NCBI GenBank assembly: GCA_958009085.1
Contig: OY253670.1
Coordinates: forward strand, 1,426,001 to 1,490,000
Source of the DNA: Protoeuglena noctilucae
Taxonomy: Eukaryota
Length of the DNA: 64,000 bases
Direction: 5' to 3'
Every line of letters begins with the position of its first letter. Position 1 is the first letter of the stretch. The notes beneath the pieces are model-generated. The model searched no databases. It was not told the DNA's origin and saw nothing but the letters and a program-made list of their open reading frames with translations. This document shows, piece by piece, positions 26,020 through 37,985 of the stretch. Position numbers and translations under genes: made by a program.

Positions 26020-29000
26020 TCATCCCCTCTTGCCCTTCTTCTGATGGACCTGGCTTGTCTTCTTGCCCTTCGTCACGCCACCCCGGGCGGCGGACACCAC
26101 CCGCGCGAGCCCCTCCTTGCCCGTCTTGGCCTTGCTGCGCCGCCGGTTGAGCAGCTTGCGGTCCAGGGGCCAGTACGCGTATGGCTCCAGCTTGGACTTG
26201 CCCTTGACGTCTGCAAGCAAAGCAACGGCGGAGTCCGTGAGGCGGCACTCGGCACTCGGCCCAAGCAGGTCGGCGCAGCGCGGCCGCGACGCCCTCACCG
26301 CCCTCCGCCGATTTGGACTGGTACTGCTTCCCGCTGTGCTGCTGGAACTTGCGCTTGCCCTGCTGGGCCTGCCTGCGGGCAAAGGCGAGCGCCCCGCATC
26401 GCCCATCCGCCGGGTGGCCGCATATCTGCCGCAGACCCAGCGTCCCTCCGCCGCCCCCGCGCACCTCTTCTCGGCGAGGCTCTTGGCCACCGACACGGCG
26501 CTGACCGTGCGCCCCCCCACCGACATCATCCCCACCGACGGCGCACCTCCCGCCGACCGCGCGCCCCGGCCCCTCCGCCCCCACCGCCGCATGTCCGCGT
26601 CGTCCTCCGAGCCGCTCTCGTCGCTGTCCTCGCCCCCTCGGCCGCGCCTCACGCCGTCCTCCTCGAAGAACACGGGCTTGCCCTCCGCATCGAGGGGGAC
26701 CGGCTGCGGGAGGAGGGGCACGGGTCAAGTAGGCACGCTGTGGCAGCGCACACGAGCCATCCTGAACACCCGCAGCCCCTGTCCATTCAAGATCCACCCA
26801 CCTCGTCGTCGCCCTGTGCGTCTTCCCGCGCCCTTGCCCCCCGCACCCGCCGCCCGGAACCCCCCGCCAGCAGATCCGTGGGATCCTCCGACTCGCGCAC
26901 CCGCCCCGCCACGGCGCGCCCTGACGCCCCCGGCGCAGACGACGCCCCCGCCCCCGACAGCCCCCCCGCCCCCGTCTTCCCCGTCTCTGAGAAGATGCGT
27001 GTGGCGTTCCACTCGGAGGCACGCGCCGTGCGTGCCATGGTGGAACGCGTCTGCCGCGACGACAGGGACTGCGCGAGGGTGCGTGATTCCGCGTCTCGCC
27101 CCCGCGATCGCTGGCGCCGGCGACCTAGGCAAAATAAAAGACAGCCAGCCCCCGCCCCTCACCGCGTCGTCGTCCCCGTCCCTCCTCTTCTGCTTGCGCC
27201 CCTGCTCCTTGCGGATGTGCGCCAGCAGTCGCGCGTCTGAGGCGGGGAAGGCGGCCGCCACGGCGTCGAACCCGCACCGACGCGCCATGCGCTCCACCAC
27301 GGCGCGGACCTTGAGCTTGAAGCGGTTCTTCGAGTCGCTGGCCCACAAAAGCATCCCCTCCAGCATGGGGGCCACGTAGGGGGTTAGGTCCTCCACGGGG
27401 AGCCTGGGGGCACGGGGTGACACGGGCGTCCAGCGGCAGCCACTTAAGCAGACGGGACCTCGCACGACCGCCGTCAATGGTGGTCATCATGCGCAATGCC
27501 TCGCTGCGGCCCCCGCATGGCTCGCCTCATGACGACGACCTTGCAGAACCCCAGGACGGACTTGACGACCTCGCGGGCCTTGGAGCGCAGGAGCATGAGC
27601 ACGGCGGGCATCAGCTGGCCCAGGAGCGGGCGCATCTGCGGCGCGAACTCGTACAGCAGGCGCGCCAGGGCCATCACGGCCGCCGACATCATGTGCGGGG
27701 TCTGCCCCACCAGCCCCGCCAGCACCACGCGCACCAGGTCGAACAGGCCCCCGCTCTGGGCGTCCCCCGACGAGCCCTCCCCCATGTCCGCGTCCCCCTC
27801 CCCCCGCTCCCTCTCCCTCGCCGCCCCCTCCATCTCGTTCCCCAGCTCCACCAGCAGGTCGTACGCGGCGGCCCGGGTCTTCTTGTTCGCCTCCTTCAGG
27901 CTCAGCACCACCTCCGTCACCAGCCCCGCCAGCACCCGCGCCCGCGCGTCCTCCCCGTCCCCCTCCTCCTCCCCCTCCCCCACGGGCACCAGGCGCGCCC
28001 CGGGGCGGCTGGCCTCCATCACCAGCGCCTTGACGCACCGCAGCCGGAAGCGCCGCGCCGCCGAGTTGCAGGCCGGCAGCGCTTCGGCCAGCAGCCCCAG
28101 CACCTCCTGCGCCCGCGGCCGCAGGAACCCTCGCCCGTGCTCGCACAGGTACCCCAGCACCTTGTAGGACTTCTTCTGCACCGACGCCTCCGCGTCCGAC
28201 ACCCCCGGCCGCGCCACAGCGTACAGCGCCGCCAGCTCCTCGGCGCCCAGCCCCCCGGCCAGGCACAGTGCCAGCTCCGTGAAGGCGCACCGCCGCTCCA
28301 CGGGCGTGTCGCCCCCCTCCGTCACGGGGTCGCGGGGGGGCGCGTCTGCCTGGGCGTCCGACACGACCTTGAGCAGCTTCTGCAGCACCACGCGGAAGAG
28401 CCCCGCCAGCACGGGGCGCGCGCACACGAGCGCGTAGGCCGACACGCAACGGGCAAGGGGGCCGCGGTGCTCGCGGGGGGTGGCCAGGAAGGCGTTGAAG
28501 AGGAGCGGGAGGAACTTGTCCGCCACGGAGCGCAGGGCGGACAGGGAACGCTCGCAGTCGGACGCTGCGGGCAGGGAGGGGAGGGTCAGATGGGGTCACC
28601 AGGGCCCCGAGCTGTGGCACGGCACCCGCCCGCCAGCCATCACACCCTCGTCACCCCCTCGCCCGTGAGCAACCCGCGCCGTGCTTCCTCACCCGAGAAG
28701 TCCCCCGGCACTGTCAGGTGCGCCTCGCTCCCCGCGGCCGCCGCGTACCCCGCCTCGGACGCCTCGTCCCCGGGGTCCGCTGCCACATGGTGCATGTCCG
28801 AGGGGTTGTGGCCAATGTCCTCGGCCGTGCCGTGTTCCCGGAGGAACTCCACCTGCTGCAGGCACATGCGCTCCAGAGCGTGGCAAATGGCCGGGCGCAG
28901 GTCGGGACGGTTGGCGAACGCCGCGCCCAGGTCATGGGCAAACTTGGGGATGGCCGTGTCCAGGTCCTTGGCCCAGGAGGCAAAGGAGCCCTGCGGAGAG

Positions 29001-31677
29001 CGGCAAGGGAGCGGATGCACGCGAGCCGCCCGCGCGGCCATGCCCCGAACAAAGCGCCTGAGAGCCGGCCAGCCAGCCCAAGCGTGCGCAGGTCCCACCA
29101 GCAGCTGGAAGATCTGCAGCTCGAGGACACGCAGAGTAGCTGCACGCTTCTTGGCCCCTGCCTTCTCACACCGCGCCGCTTCGGCGCCCACAGCGCGGGC
29201 GGCGGGGAGCAGGTCAGTGCCCCTGCGAGGATGAGGGAAACGTCACCGATTCGCTTCCCGACCAGCCACGGTGCAGAGGGAGCGCCGCTGGCAACACTTC
29301 CACCCCTCCGACCCTGCACCCACCAGAAGGTCATCCCGCATCCCTTGGCGGCCGTCTTCATGATGGGGAGCAGCCAGGTGCGCGCCTGCCCCGCCCCGAC
29401 CAGCCCCTTCTGCGGGCACCGACCGAGGCTCATGCACACGTCATCCGCAACACCTGCACAGAGTGTCCCTCGGATTCCGCCCACTTCTTAGCACACCAGG
29501 ACGCATTCCATGCAACGCGGCATGCAACTCGACCCCCACCCCACTCGGCCTCACCTGCAGGTCGAGCGGCACTGCGGCCAGCGTGGCTGCGGGTCCCAGG
29601 TGCTGCAGGGCCTTCCCCATGGCCGCCTCTGCCTGCTTCGCGGCCTCCACGCATGCCTGGGCTGTGGTCTCATCTGCCGACGAGGGGTCGAACGCCACCT
29701 CAAGCACCCGGGCCACTGCAGACGAGACGCACGGGCAGTTGCTTCATGCCACGGACAGGAGAGGTGCATGAAGCAGCCCCGGCCCAGACGCATCGCATCA
29801 CCTGACTGCAGCAGCCCCGTGCACAGGGGCGCCCCCCTGACCCCCATCCTCTCAAAGATAGTCCCCGCCATGTCGCAGGCGAAACCGTACCCGTCGAGGC
29901 CGCCGGGTCCAAACGCGCCCACCACGGCCATCAGCGCGCTGTGCAGCGGCGTGGGTGGCGAGCCCCTGGGGGATCAACGAACGGGCGCAGCTTCGTCCCT
30001 GATGGTCACATCTCACACATCCTTCGCCAACCCCGGCCACGCCAAAGCACTCGCCGATACGCACCTGGACGCCAGCGCCTCGTCCACTGCCTCGTCCGGC
30101 ACGCACGCCCCCAGCGCCCCCGAGAGGCAGTTAGCTGCCGCGTACCGCAGCGCCTCGTCCCCCGCCGCCAGCTGCCCGGCCAGGGCGTGCGCCAGCCGCG
30201 GCAGACCCCGGGACGCAGCGGCGGGGTCCTCGGCCGCCAGGCGCAGGAACCCCGTCTCCAGGAGCCGTGCAACGGCGCAGGCCACCTCGCTCGGCAGGGC
30301 CGCCACGTCCAGCTCCAGCACGGAGGCCTGCGTCGCGACGGCGGGCGGAGGGTAAGGGTGAGCCAGGGGCACCGCGGTTGGACGTGTCCCCCACGCGACA
30401 GTGCCGACGTCCGGACTCACCAGCACTGCGGCTACGGTCTTGGTCCCCAAAACGGAGGCCGTGGAGCGCATCGTGGACTGGAGCACTTCCGTCACATGGC
30501 TGGAAAGCAGAGGCTGCCGAAGGGCGTAGAGCTGGAGGAGCTCTTCGCTGCCAGGGCAGGAGGGGGGCAGGGAGCTCGAGCGAGCGGGGGCCACGCGTCG
30601 CGATGCGCAGCCAGCGCTCCCGCTCCACCTCACCACAGGGATGCCAGATCTGCCACGGCCAGCAGAGGGGCGGCCTGCCGCAGCGTGCCCAGCCAGTGCA
30701 GCGCGTCCGCGACAGCGGCCTGGATCGCGCTCTCGGCGTCCTTGCGATGCTTGTTGGATGCCTGCGCAGTGGAACGCGCACACTATCTCGCGGCGCGACG
30801 CGAGAGGTCCATAGAGCGCCCAAGGCAACGATGGTCCCCGGCGCGGGTCGCACCTGGGCGGCCTCCAAGGCCTTGCGCTGCGGCTCGGCCAGCAGGCGCC
30901 GGCTGAGCGTCGCGACGGCCCGAGAGTGCTCCGCGCCCACGCCCGTGCCCCGCGTCGCGGCCAGGACCTCTGTCACGCCGCCCTGGGCTGCGCGCCGGAC
31001 CTTGGGCCGCGGGTCCAGCGACAGGCGCAAGAGGCCGTCGAAGTGCTCCCGAACCGGCCCGGCATCTTGCCGACACGCTCGCAAGAGGTGCACCGTGCAG
31101 TCGACGAGGTGGCGCATCGCGGACGGCTTGTCGGCCGCCTCGTGCAGAGCCGCCGAGATGGACGGCAGCGCCTGGGCCGCCTTCGAGGCCAGCGCGGCCT
31201 CCGGCATCTGCGCCATGGCGCTGCTCAACAAATGGCTCATCGCGCTTAGCACCTCGGGCACCACGCGCGCCTGCGGACACGGGCGCAGGGCCGTCAGTGG
31301 GGGGGAGGACCTCGTGAGGCGCGCGGCGGGGCGCGACGCCGGAAACTCACCTCCGGCGCTTCAAACGACATCATGGTGGCGGCGAATATAGCCGTCGGCG
31401 TGGGCTCGAGGCCCTGCGCGCGGACCACCTCCAAGACGGCTCCCAGGACGGCGAGCAGCTGCTTGCTCTCGCCCTGCTGGCTGTTCCGGTGCCTGCGCGG
31501 ACGACGGGCAGGAAAGCATGGCGACGCGATCATCACCACCGCCAGGTGAGGAACGCGCGCGACACTCGCTGCCTTTCGCCACCGCCCGCCGTAGGGTTAC
31601 GCGCAGGGTTGCACGCACCGGTTGTATATCGCGGCGACGAGGCCCCCGGCCTCAGCATCAGAGAGGGGCGCCACCAT
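26020..31677 (-). CDS. RRP12: RRP12-like HEAT-repeat ribosome biogenesis protein
   Basis: Motifs are DPRPKVRRAAQ, RTWLLP, VQKKSYKVL, KEANKKTRAAAY, REVVKSVLGF, RFKLKVRAVVERMARR and C-terminal GDVKGKSKLEPYAYWPLD. About 15 introns, with GC donors at 28662 and 27525. Confidence 0.92.
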
Positions 31678-31966
31678 CGCTTCGCCGCTGGCTCTACCCC
31701 GCGCTCACGGCTCCGGCGCGTCAGCAGCGAAGGCCCGGGCCAGCAAATCTGACGTGTAATCACAGCTCTCGGCGCCGTTCCTCCAATTCCCTGCCCCCGT
31801 AGCCCTAATAAATGCGCCATTTAAGGCGATGGGGCAAGAGGCCGGAGGTCAACCGGCAGCACCGCCAGACTCTGGTGTTTGGCAAGGCCCTTTTTGAAGC
31901 CCAGGGGCGGTCTGGGGCCGGTAACTCTCGAGACCTCGACGAGGACTGAGTGAACTGCGAGCAGCC

Positions 31967-33842
31967 ATGCACATCCGCTCAATCGCCGACGTGATCGACC
32001 TGGTCGTCTGGCCCGTAGAGCGCATCGTGTACTACGTGCCCTCCTACCTCTACTATGCGAGTGAGTTTCGAAAGCTGAGCTCCGGGAGCGGTGGGCAGGC
32101 TGCGGTTTCAGGGCAGGCAGCGTTGTTGACTTGAGCAGGGGCGGGAACGCCCGCTAACGCCGCCCGCACGCGCCCAGAGCGCTCCCCTGCCCCGATATTT
32201 GCACGATGACTTGCGATCGTCGTGTTTCGACCCCGACAGGCTCTCCCGCCTTCCCCCCCAGGCCACACGCTGACCTGCGCCATCGCCGCTCAGGAGATGG
32301 CTGGCGGGTCCTTCTCCAACTGGCTCTCCGCCGTGGCCATCACCACGCTCGTCGCTTACGGTGGGCAGGTCGTCTTGCCGATGGCTGGCGTTGCCGGGGT
32401 GAGCGTCTTTGTTGTTTGTCTGTGTCCTCTCAGTTTGCGTCCGGGGTGAGCCTCTTAGTTTGCGTCGGTGGATGAGCCTCTTAATTTGCGTCCATGCCGT
32501 CGCTGGGTGGGCCCTGGCGCGTGCTCAGGGCCCCGATCGTCGTCCCGGGACTTCCGCATGTTGCGCACTTCTGCAGCGGCCCGCGCGTGCCGCGGGCCCC
32601 GGGTTTCCTCCAGAGGGGCCGATCCTGTCTTGTTACGCTTGCATGTGCCGTGGAGCGCGTGTCAGGCCGCCGTGCGCGAGCAATCGGGGCGTTTCCCCTC
32701 CCGAGTCCACTTGGGCCCGGGCGGCCCCCGCGCTGGCCCCCGCGCCTGTTTTCTTCCGCTTAACCGCGGATTGTCGCACGGTTTTGCCAGGGAACTAGCG
32801 GAGGGGGCCCGTAACCGACTCGCGGGCCAAGCTGGTCAACGACAGTTAGTTAAGAGCAAGGGGGCCGATCGCGGACGCTTGCGACATGGGGGGTAGCCGA
32901 TCCCGGGCGTGATGCGTGTCTCGATCTTCACTCTATGCCTCAACCCCGCGACGACGCAGGACAACATCTTCCGCGGCTACGAAGGCTCGATGATGCTCCT
33001 GTCCGCCATCGTCGCCACGTGGATCATGAACTTCAGCCCCAAGGTCGTCAAGGACAACCTCAAGACCAAGTACGCGCGCATGGCCATGGCCGTCCTCCAC
33101 AGGCAAGACCAGCTGCCCAGATTGTCCGCCTTCGTCGCCCACCCCTCAACCACGCCTTGGCTGCCGCTCGTGCCATCGGGCGCGACGGGGCTCCGCGGTG
33201 CGCGCGAGCTTCCTTGCATGAGCCTCTTCCGACTCTTGCACCCCCGCAGCATGCTGGTGGCCAAGCTTATCGCTCTGGCCGGCAACACGAGCATCGGCGC
33301 CTTCGGCCACGCCGGCGTCATGCCCTCGTTCCGCGGCAAGGCCGCGATGCTCGACAAGCTCAAGGCCTTCGTGAACTACCTGGTCCAGTCCGCGAACCCC
33401 GGCATGTACCTGATGGCCGCGGCCCTGGCGTCGGCCCTCGTGTACGGCGGCTCCATCATCGCGGCCGTGCTCCTCAAGAAGGACAGCGTGCTGGACAAGC
33501 CCGACGTGACCGTGTACCGCGTGGCCATCGACGCCATCGGCTACTCCCTCCTCGTCCGCTTCGGTGGCGCTGTCATCTCGGCCCGCACGGCGGAGCTTCT
33601 GCTCATGGTGCGGCGAGCGGTAGCCTCGTGCGGAGTACGGCAGCCCCAGCCGCGCCGTGTGGCCGGCAAGGACGCGCCCCGGCCCCGCTGTGCCCTCGCA
33701 GGTGCTCTACACGCTCGGCAACATCGGCCACACCATCGTGCCCTGGTGGGTGCACTACGAGGTCGTGCTGGCCAAGCTGCTGCACCCCATCTGCGGCGTG
33801 CCGATGCCCAAGATCGACGAGAAGCCCGCCAAGAAGGACTAA
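31967..33842 (+). CDS. Multi-pass membrane protein, TRIC/TMEM38-like cation channel
   Basis: Five exons encode several TM helices with a repeated helix motif (VAYGGQVV / LVYGGSII), plus SNWLS, ATWIMNFSP and a Lys-rich tail KPAKKD*. Codons end strongly in C/G. Family assigned by recalled motif resemblance only. Confidence 0.6.
32426..32492. repeat. Three imperfect direct repeats (CCTCTYARTTTGCGTC core) at the start of intron 2 of the TRIC-like gene
   Basis: The copies read cctctcagtttgcgtc, cctcttagtttgcgtc and cctcttaatttgcgtc, spaced about 25 nt apart. Confidence 0.8.
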
Positions 33843-34179
33843 GTGCGGTCGCCTTTTCTCAAACGTGTTGCGCCGCCCCTGCCGATCGGCTTGCGCCGAT
33901 TGAAGCAACGCTGCCAGACTAGGGCGAGAGGGATAATCAACGATGAGTGCGGGAGCCAGCACTTAGAGCTAACATGCGAACCGCTGGGGGGGTGGCCCCT
34001 CCCGGAATTCATCACAGCTTCCCGGCAAGGCGGGGGTCAGGCGTCAGAAGACGTGTCCCTTCACATGCTCACACCAACCGGGGCATGAGCTCCAGAGTAC
34101 GATTGCGGGTGTTGAGACGGAGATACCAGCTCGTATCGCAGACGGGGTGGCCAGCGCAGCGGGCTACAGCGTGTTCAGG

Positions 34180-34866
34180 ATGCGGTTTCGCGCCCCGCTT
34201 CCCCTGCTCATGGTGTTCGCACCGCCGGTGATGCTTTTCATATCGGCGCTTTCGCTGATGCAGTTCGCCGCGCTGTACAGGGGTGAGTGAGGCATTTCGG
34301 GGGGGCTTTCGAACCAATGTCGCGAATTCTGTCCCATCGCGCCATGTGGACCCACCTGGAAGATGACTGGTGGTGCGCCACGCGGATCTGGCGGCACGAA
34401 GACGCGGCAGCTGCGCCGGGAGGGGACCGCTCCCTCGCTGTCCGGGGACCCGTGCCGCGGCGACCTGGCGCTCCCGATCCGCAGGCTTCGTGGAGTTCGC
34501 GCATGCGGAGGAATTCCCTAAGTGGCTGGTTACGGTTCAGCCGGGTGAGATGCAGCGCTTCGAGAAACTGGGGACCCGGTTTGGGGCAGCGCTTTTCCGA
34601 CCTGTGCGTCGAGCGGCAGCAGCGTCAGACCCATCCATACTGACCTCCTGTTTGCAGCCCTCAAACGCTTCGCGGACGTGCTGGAGGCTTACCTGGGGCA
34701 CGCCAACACGTTCAAGGCGAGCTCGCAGCGTATGCACACGCTGTGATGGGGGCTGGCTCGCCGGTCCGCCGCCAACCGCGGCTCCCTCCCCGCTGTGATG
34801 CAGCCGGAACTGACCCATTTCCTCCTCTGCTCCATTCTCCTCGCGCTGCTCATGGGCCGCGACTGA
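34180..34866 (+). CDS. Small hypothetical two-TM membrane protein (94 aa, 4 exons)
   Basis: Exons 34180-34282, 34485-34544, 34658-34716 and 34804-34866 total 285 nt in frame. Donors are GTGAGT, GTGAGA and GCGAGC, and all acceptors are GCAG. Confidence 0.65.
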
Positions 34867-35654
34867 AGCGCCTCCGATGCTTGCGTGGGCAAGCAAGGCG
34901 GGCTGAGGGGATGCCGCGGCCGGCACGTAGGCGCAGCCGCTGTGCTGTGCTTCTAAGACTAGGTCCCACCCAAAGTGAACGGCATGCATGGTCTGGAGAA
35001 CTTGCCAGCAAACCAAGCACTTTAAGCGTGCTCGTTTCCCTCCGGGCTTCTCAGAATTCGAGGCTGGGAGAAAGTGGGGCCTACAAAGGTTTACCCGCCA
35101 GGAAAGGCACGATGGCCAATCTGCAAGGCCATTAATAAGCTAAATGTGGGGAAACAAAGGAGCCGCCGTGCAACCAGGTGGACCTATCCAATCCAACCCA
35201 ACCCAGCCCCGTGGCCCGGATCAGTCGCAATACCACGTGCCTGCTCGCGACCTGCACCGTCCATGTGTGCTTGCAAAAGGTCCTGGTGGAGGACCTGGAG
35301 TGGGCGTCTGACGGCCCGCTTCCAATGCAGGTGCTGAGCGCCTCACCGATGGGTCTGACGTGCTCCTCGCCCCACAGAGCGCTTCCAGCCCTGACCAGCG
35401 CGCAGATGCTGGAGGATAAGCGAGGAGGAGGGCACGGTCGTGGACCGTGCTCCCTCTGGCACGCCGTGGCTGGAGTCTGACGGGGCATTCCCCGCCCGGG
35501 ACGGGCTTTTGAGGCCCCCAATCCAGCAAAAACAGTCATAATTCTCATCGGCAACCTCCACAGCCTCCGAGCTAAGCAGTCAGCCTCCTCGAGAAGCCGC
35601 AGTCTCGCCGCCCAGACCCTCGCGCCACCGCGCAACTCCCGACCCCCGGGCACT

Positions 35655-37217
35655 ATGCCGGAGGGCGGACGCGGGCAGGTGAGACACCCGCCGGTTGGCT
35701 CAGGGATGTTTGCGAGTCGCAGCATCGGTGGCGACCCGTGGGCGTGTGTCGTGGCTCGCCGCGCGGGTGGTGCACGTTAGCATTGTGCTCCCACCGACCG
35801 GAGCGCGGTCACCGCCGCGGGGGCCGATGCTGCGATCCAATGCGCGCGTGTTTGAGTCAATGCGTACGATGCGCGCTACTCTCGGCGACGTGGCGCAGCG
35901 CAGCCGCGACGCGATGTGATCGATGGAGCACCGTGCTGCCGATGTCTCCCGACCCCCAGCCCGTCGTTCCATGACCCTAGCGCACCGCGGTTCCTTCCGC
36001 AGGGCAGAAACCATCGGGTGGCCGAGGCCACCAGGACTCCGGTCGCGGCCACAGGAGCCCCAGCAAGACCAGCCATGGCAGTCGGGCCAGCACGTCGGCC
36101 GTGTCCGCCCCCACCAACGCCGCCGTGGAAGGCGTCAACTTCACCGTCACTGATACGCGGGGCGGCGCAAACAAGACGATCGATGCCAGCTTCGACCAGA
36201 AGGTCACTACCAAGTTTCACAACAGCTTCACCATCCTCATCGACCGAAGTGCATCGATGGGCACCAATGCGGGGGGCGGGAAGACGCGCATGGAGGTGGC
36301 GCATGAGGCCTTCGAGACGTTCGTGAACGAGGTTGCTGAGAAGTGAGCCCTCGAGCCCGTGATCGCAGCACGGTTGATGCATGGGGCATTGCATTCTGGA
36401 GTCTTCGGCCAACTGGCCATAGGCTGAGACCGCGCCCGCGTCGAGTGTCAGTAATACGAAACGCTCCCAACGATTCCCATCCCCCGGATCGACAGCGCGC
36501 ACGCCAAGTCCCTGCCTCCCGCACCGCCCCTGCAGGCGGCGCAACGAGCCGAGCGACCTCATCTGCGTGTGGACCTTCAACCACGAGGCCCGCCGCGCCA
36601 TGGTCGGTCCTGCCCACAACTTTAACCTCAAGCACCGCGGGCTGCAGGGAGACTTCCGGCCATCCGGCGGCACCGACCTGCCCCACGCCATGCAGACGGC
36701 CCTTGCCGGGATGAAGGAGTACAACGAGAAGGTTAAGCAGAAGCACAAGAACGCCGTGGTACAGTGGCTGGTCGTTCTGACGGATGGCGACACCAGCAGC
36801 CTCCGCCTGACGCGGGAGCAGACCATCGCCATGCTGCAAGAGGCCTCACACTCGGTCTGGAACTTCAAGGTCTGCTTCATCGGCATCGGCCAGAGCGCCA
36901 GCGAGACGGCCGTCCTGCAGGAGATGGCCGCGGCCGTCAAGGACCGCCTCCGCACCCCCGGGGGCATCGTGTGCGCCACGCAGGGCACGGACATCGCGTC
37001 CATGCGCAAGGTCTTCCAGGAGGCCAGCACCATGGTGCGCAAGATCCAGGACAAGCTCGTGGTCGAGAAGGGCAACGAGAAGATCATCTTCCGGGGGCAG
37101 GCCGCGCAGCAGGCACTGCAGGCCGTGCTGAGTGGTAGTGCTCTGGGCCAGCTGAGCCTCGGCAGTGGCAGCGGTAGTGGCAGCAGCAGGGGCGGCAACA
37201 AGAGGCTTCTCAAGTAG
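35655..37217 (+). CDS. von Willebrand factor A (vWA) domain protein
   Basis: MIDAS residues lie in ILIDRSASM, GGT and VVLTDGD, with VCFIGIG. The N-terminus is Gly/Arg-rich and the tail is Gly/Ser-rich. The first exon (35655-35678) is tentative. Confidence 0.8.
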
Positions 37218-37985
37218 ATGGCCAATGACGCCGACGCATGGTGTTGCCCCGTGAGACGCTCAGCGGTTGAAGTGAAGCAACGCAATGGTGATGCACTATA
37301 CCCATACCTGGTCACAATGCCATGGTGGCTTACCAGGCAGGCGACGAGGGCCATTGCGTGGAACGCAAATGGACCCTGCTGCCTCTGCCACCCCTGGACT
37401 GCCACTGGCTTGCCGTCCCAGGTCATCTGTAGGTCCAATCGCCTTGCCCGAGTTGGTATTGCAGCACAGCTGAGGCATCGTCGGGGTCCCGAAGCGGACA
37501 CGTGCAGCCATTTGGAAGCGGAGGGCCGGTCGGTGGGAAGGCATGTGCCGGGGTGTCTGGAGATCGACCGCCCCAGAGCTGAGTGCCCTTGTCATTGTCA
37601 GGGCGGGTCCGAAACGTTTAAAGGATGCCATGAGCACGTAGCGTTGGATGCTGAGGAAAAGCGACGCGCCCAGGCCAGCCGGTGGTGTAGGGGGCAGTGC
37701 GATGGAGGTGCTGCTGGGACCTGACTCCCAGCGGAAATGGCGGCGATCGTCGGTGGCATGGCATGGCGGGCAATCTGCCACACCCCTGGCGAAGGAGCCT
37801 TGTAATCGTCTTCCGTTGCCACCTTTTTCCTTGTGTACCGGCGTAGGAACCCTATCTCGTCCAGGATTCCCTGCCCGAGCGATTCGCGTCGTGCGTGCAT
37901 TGCTCCTCAACACTACGCCGTGCGTCACGACGGCCGAGCAGCGTAGGAATCGGGCTGCAGAGGGAGCGTGGTTGGCGGTAGCGCG

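Noticed and set aside
35074..35480. Possible small spliced gene between the two-TM gene and the vWA gene
   Set aside because: Splice-like sites exist, but no start-to-stop model longer than ~20 aa was convincing.
37598..37900. Minus-strand 100-aa ORF (MHARRESLGQGILDEIGFLRRY...) head-to-head with the bromodomain gene
   Set aside because: I found no convincing splice structure or recognisable motif. It cannot be excluded but is unsupported.
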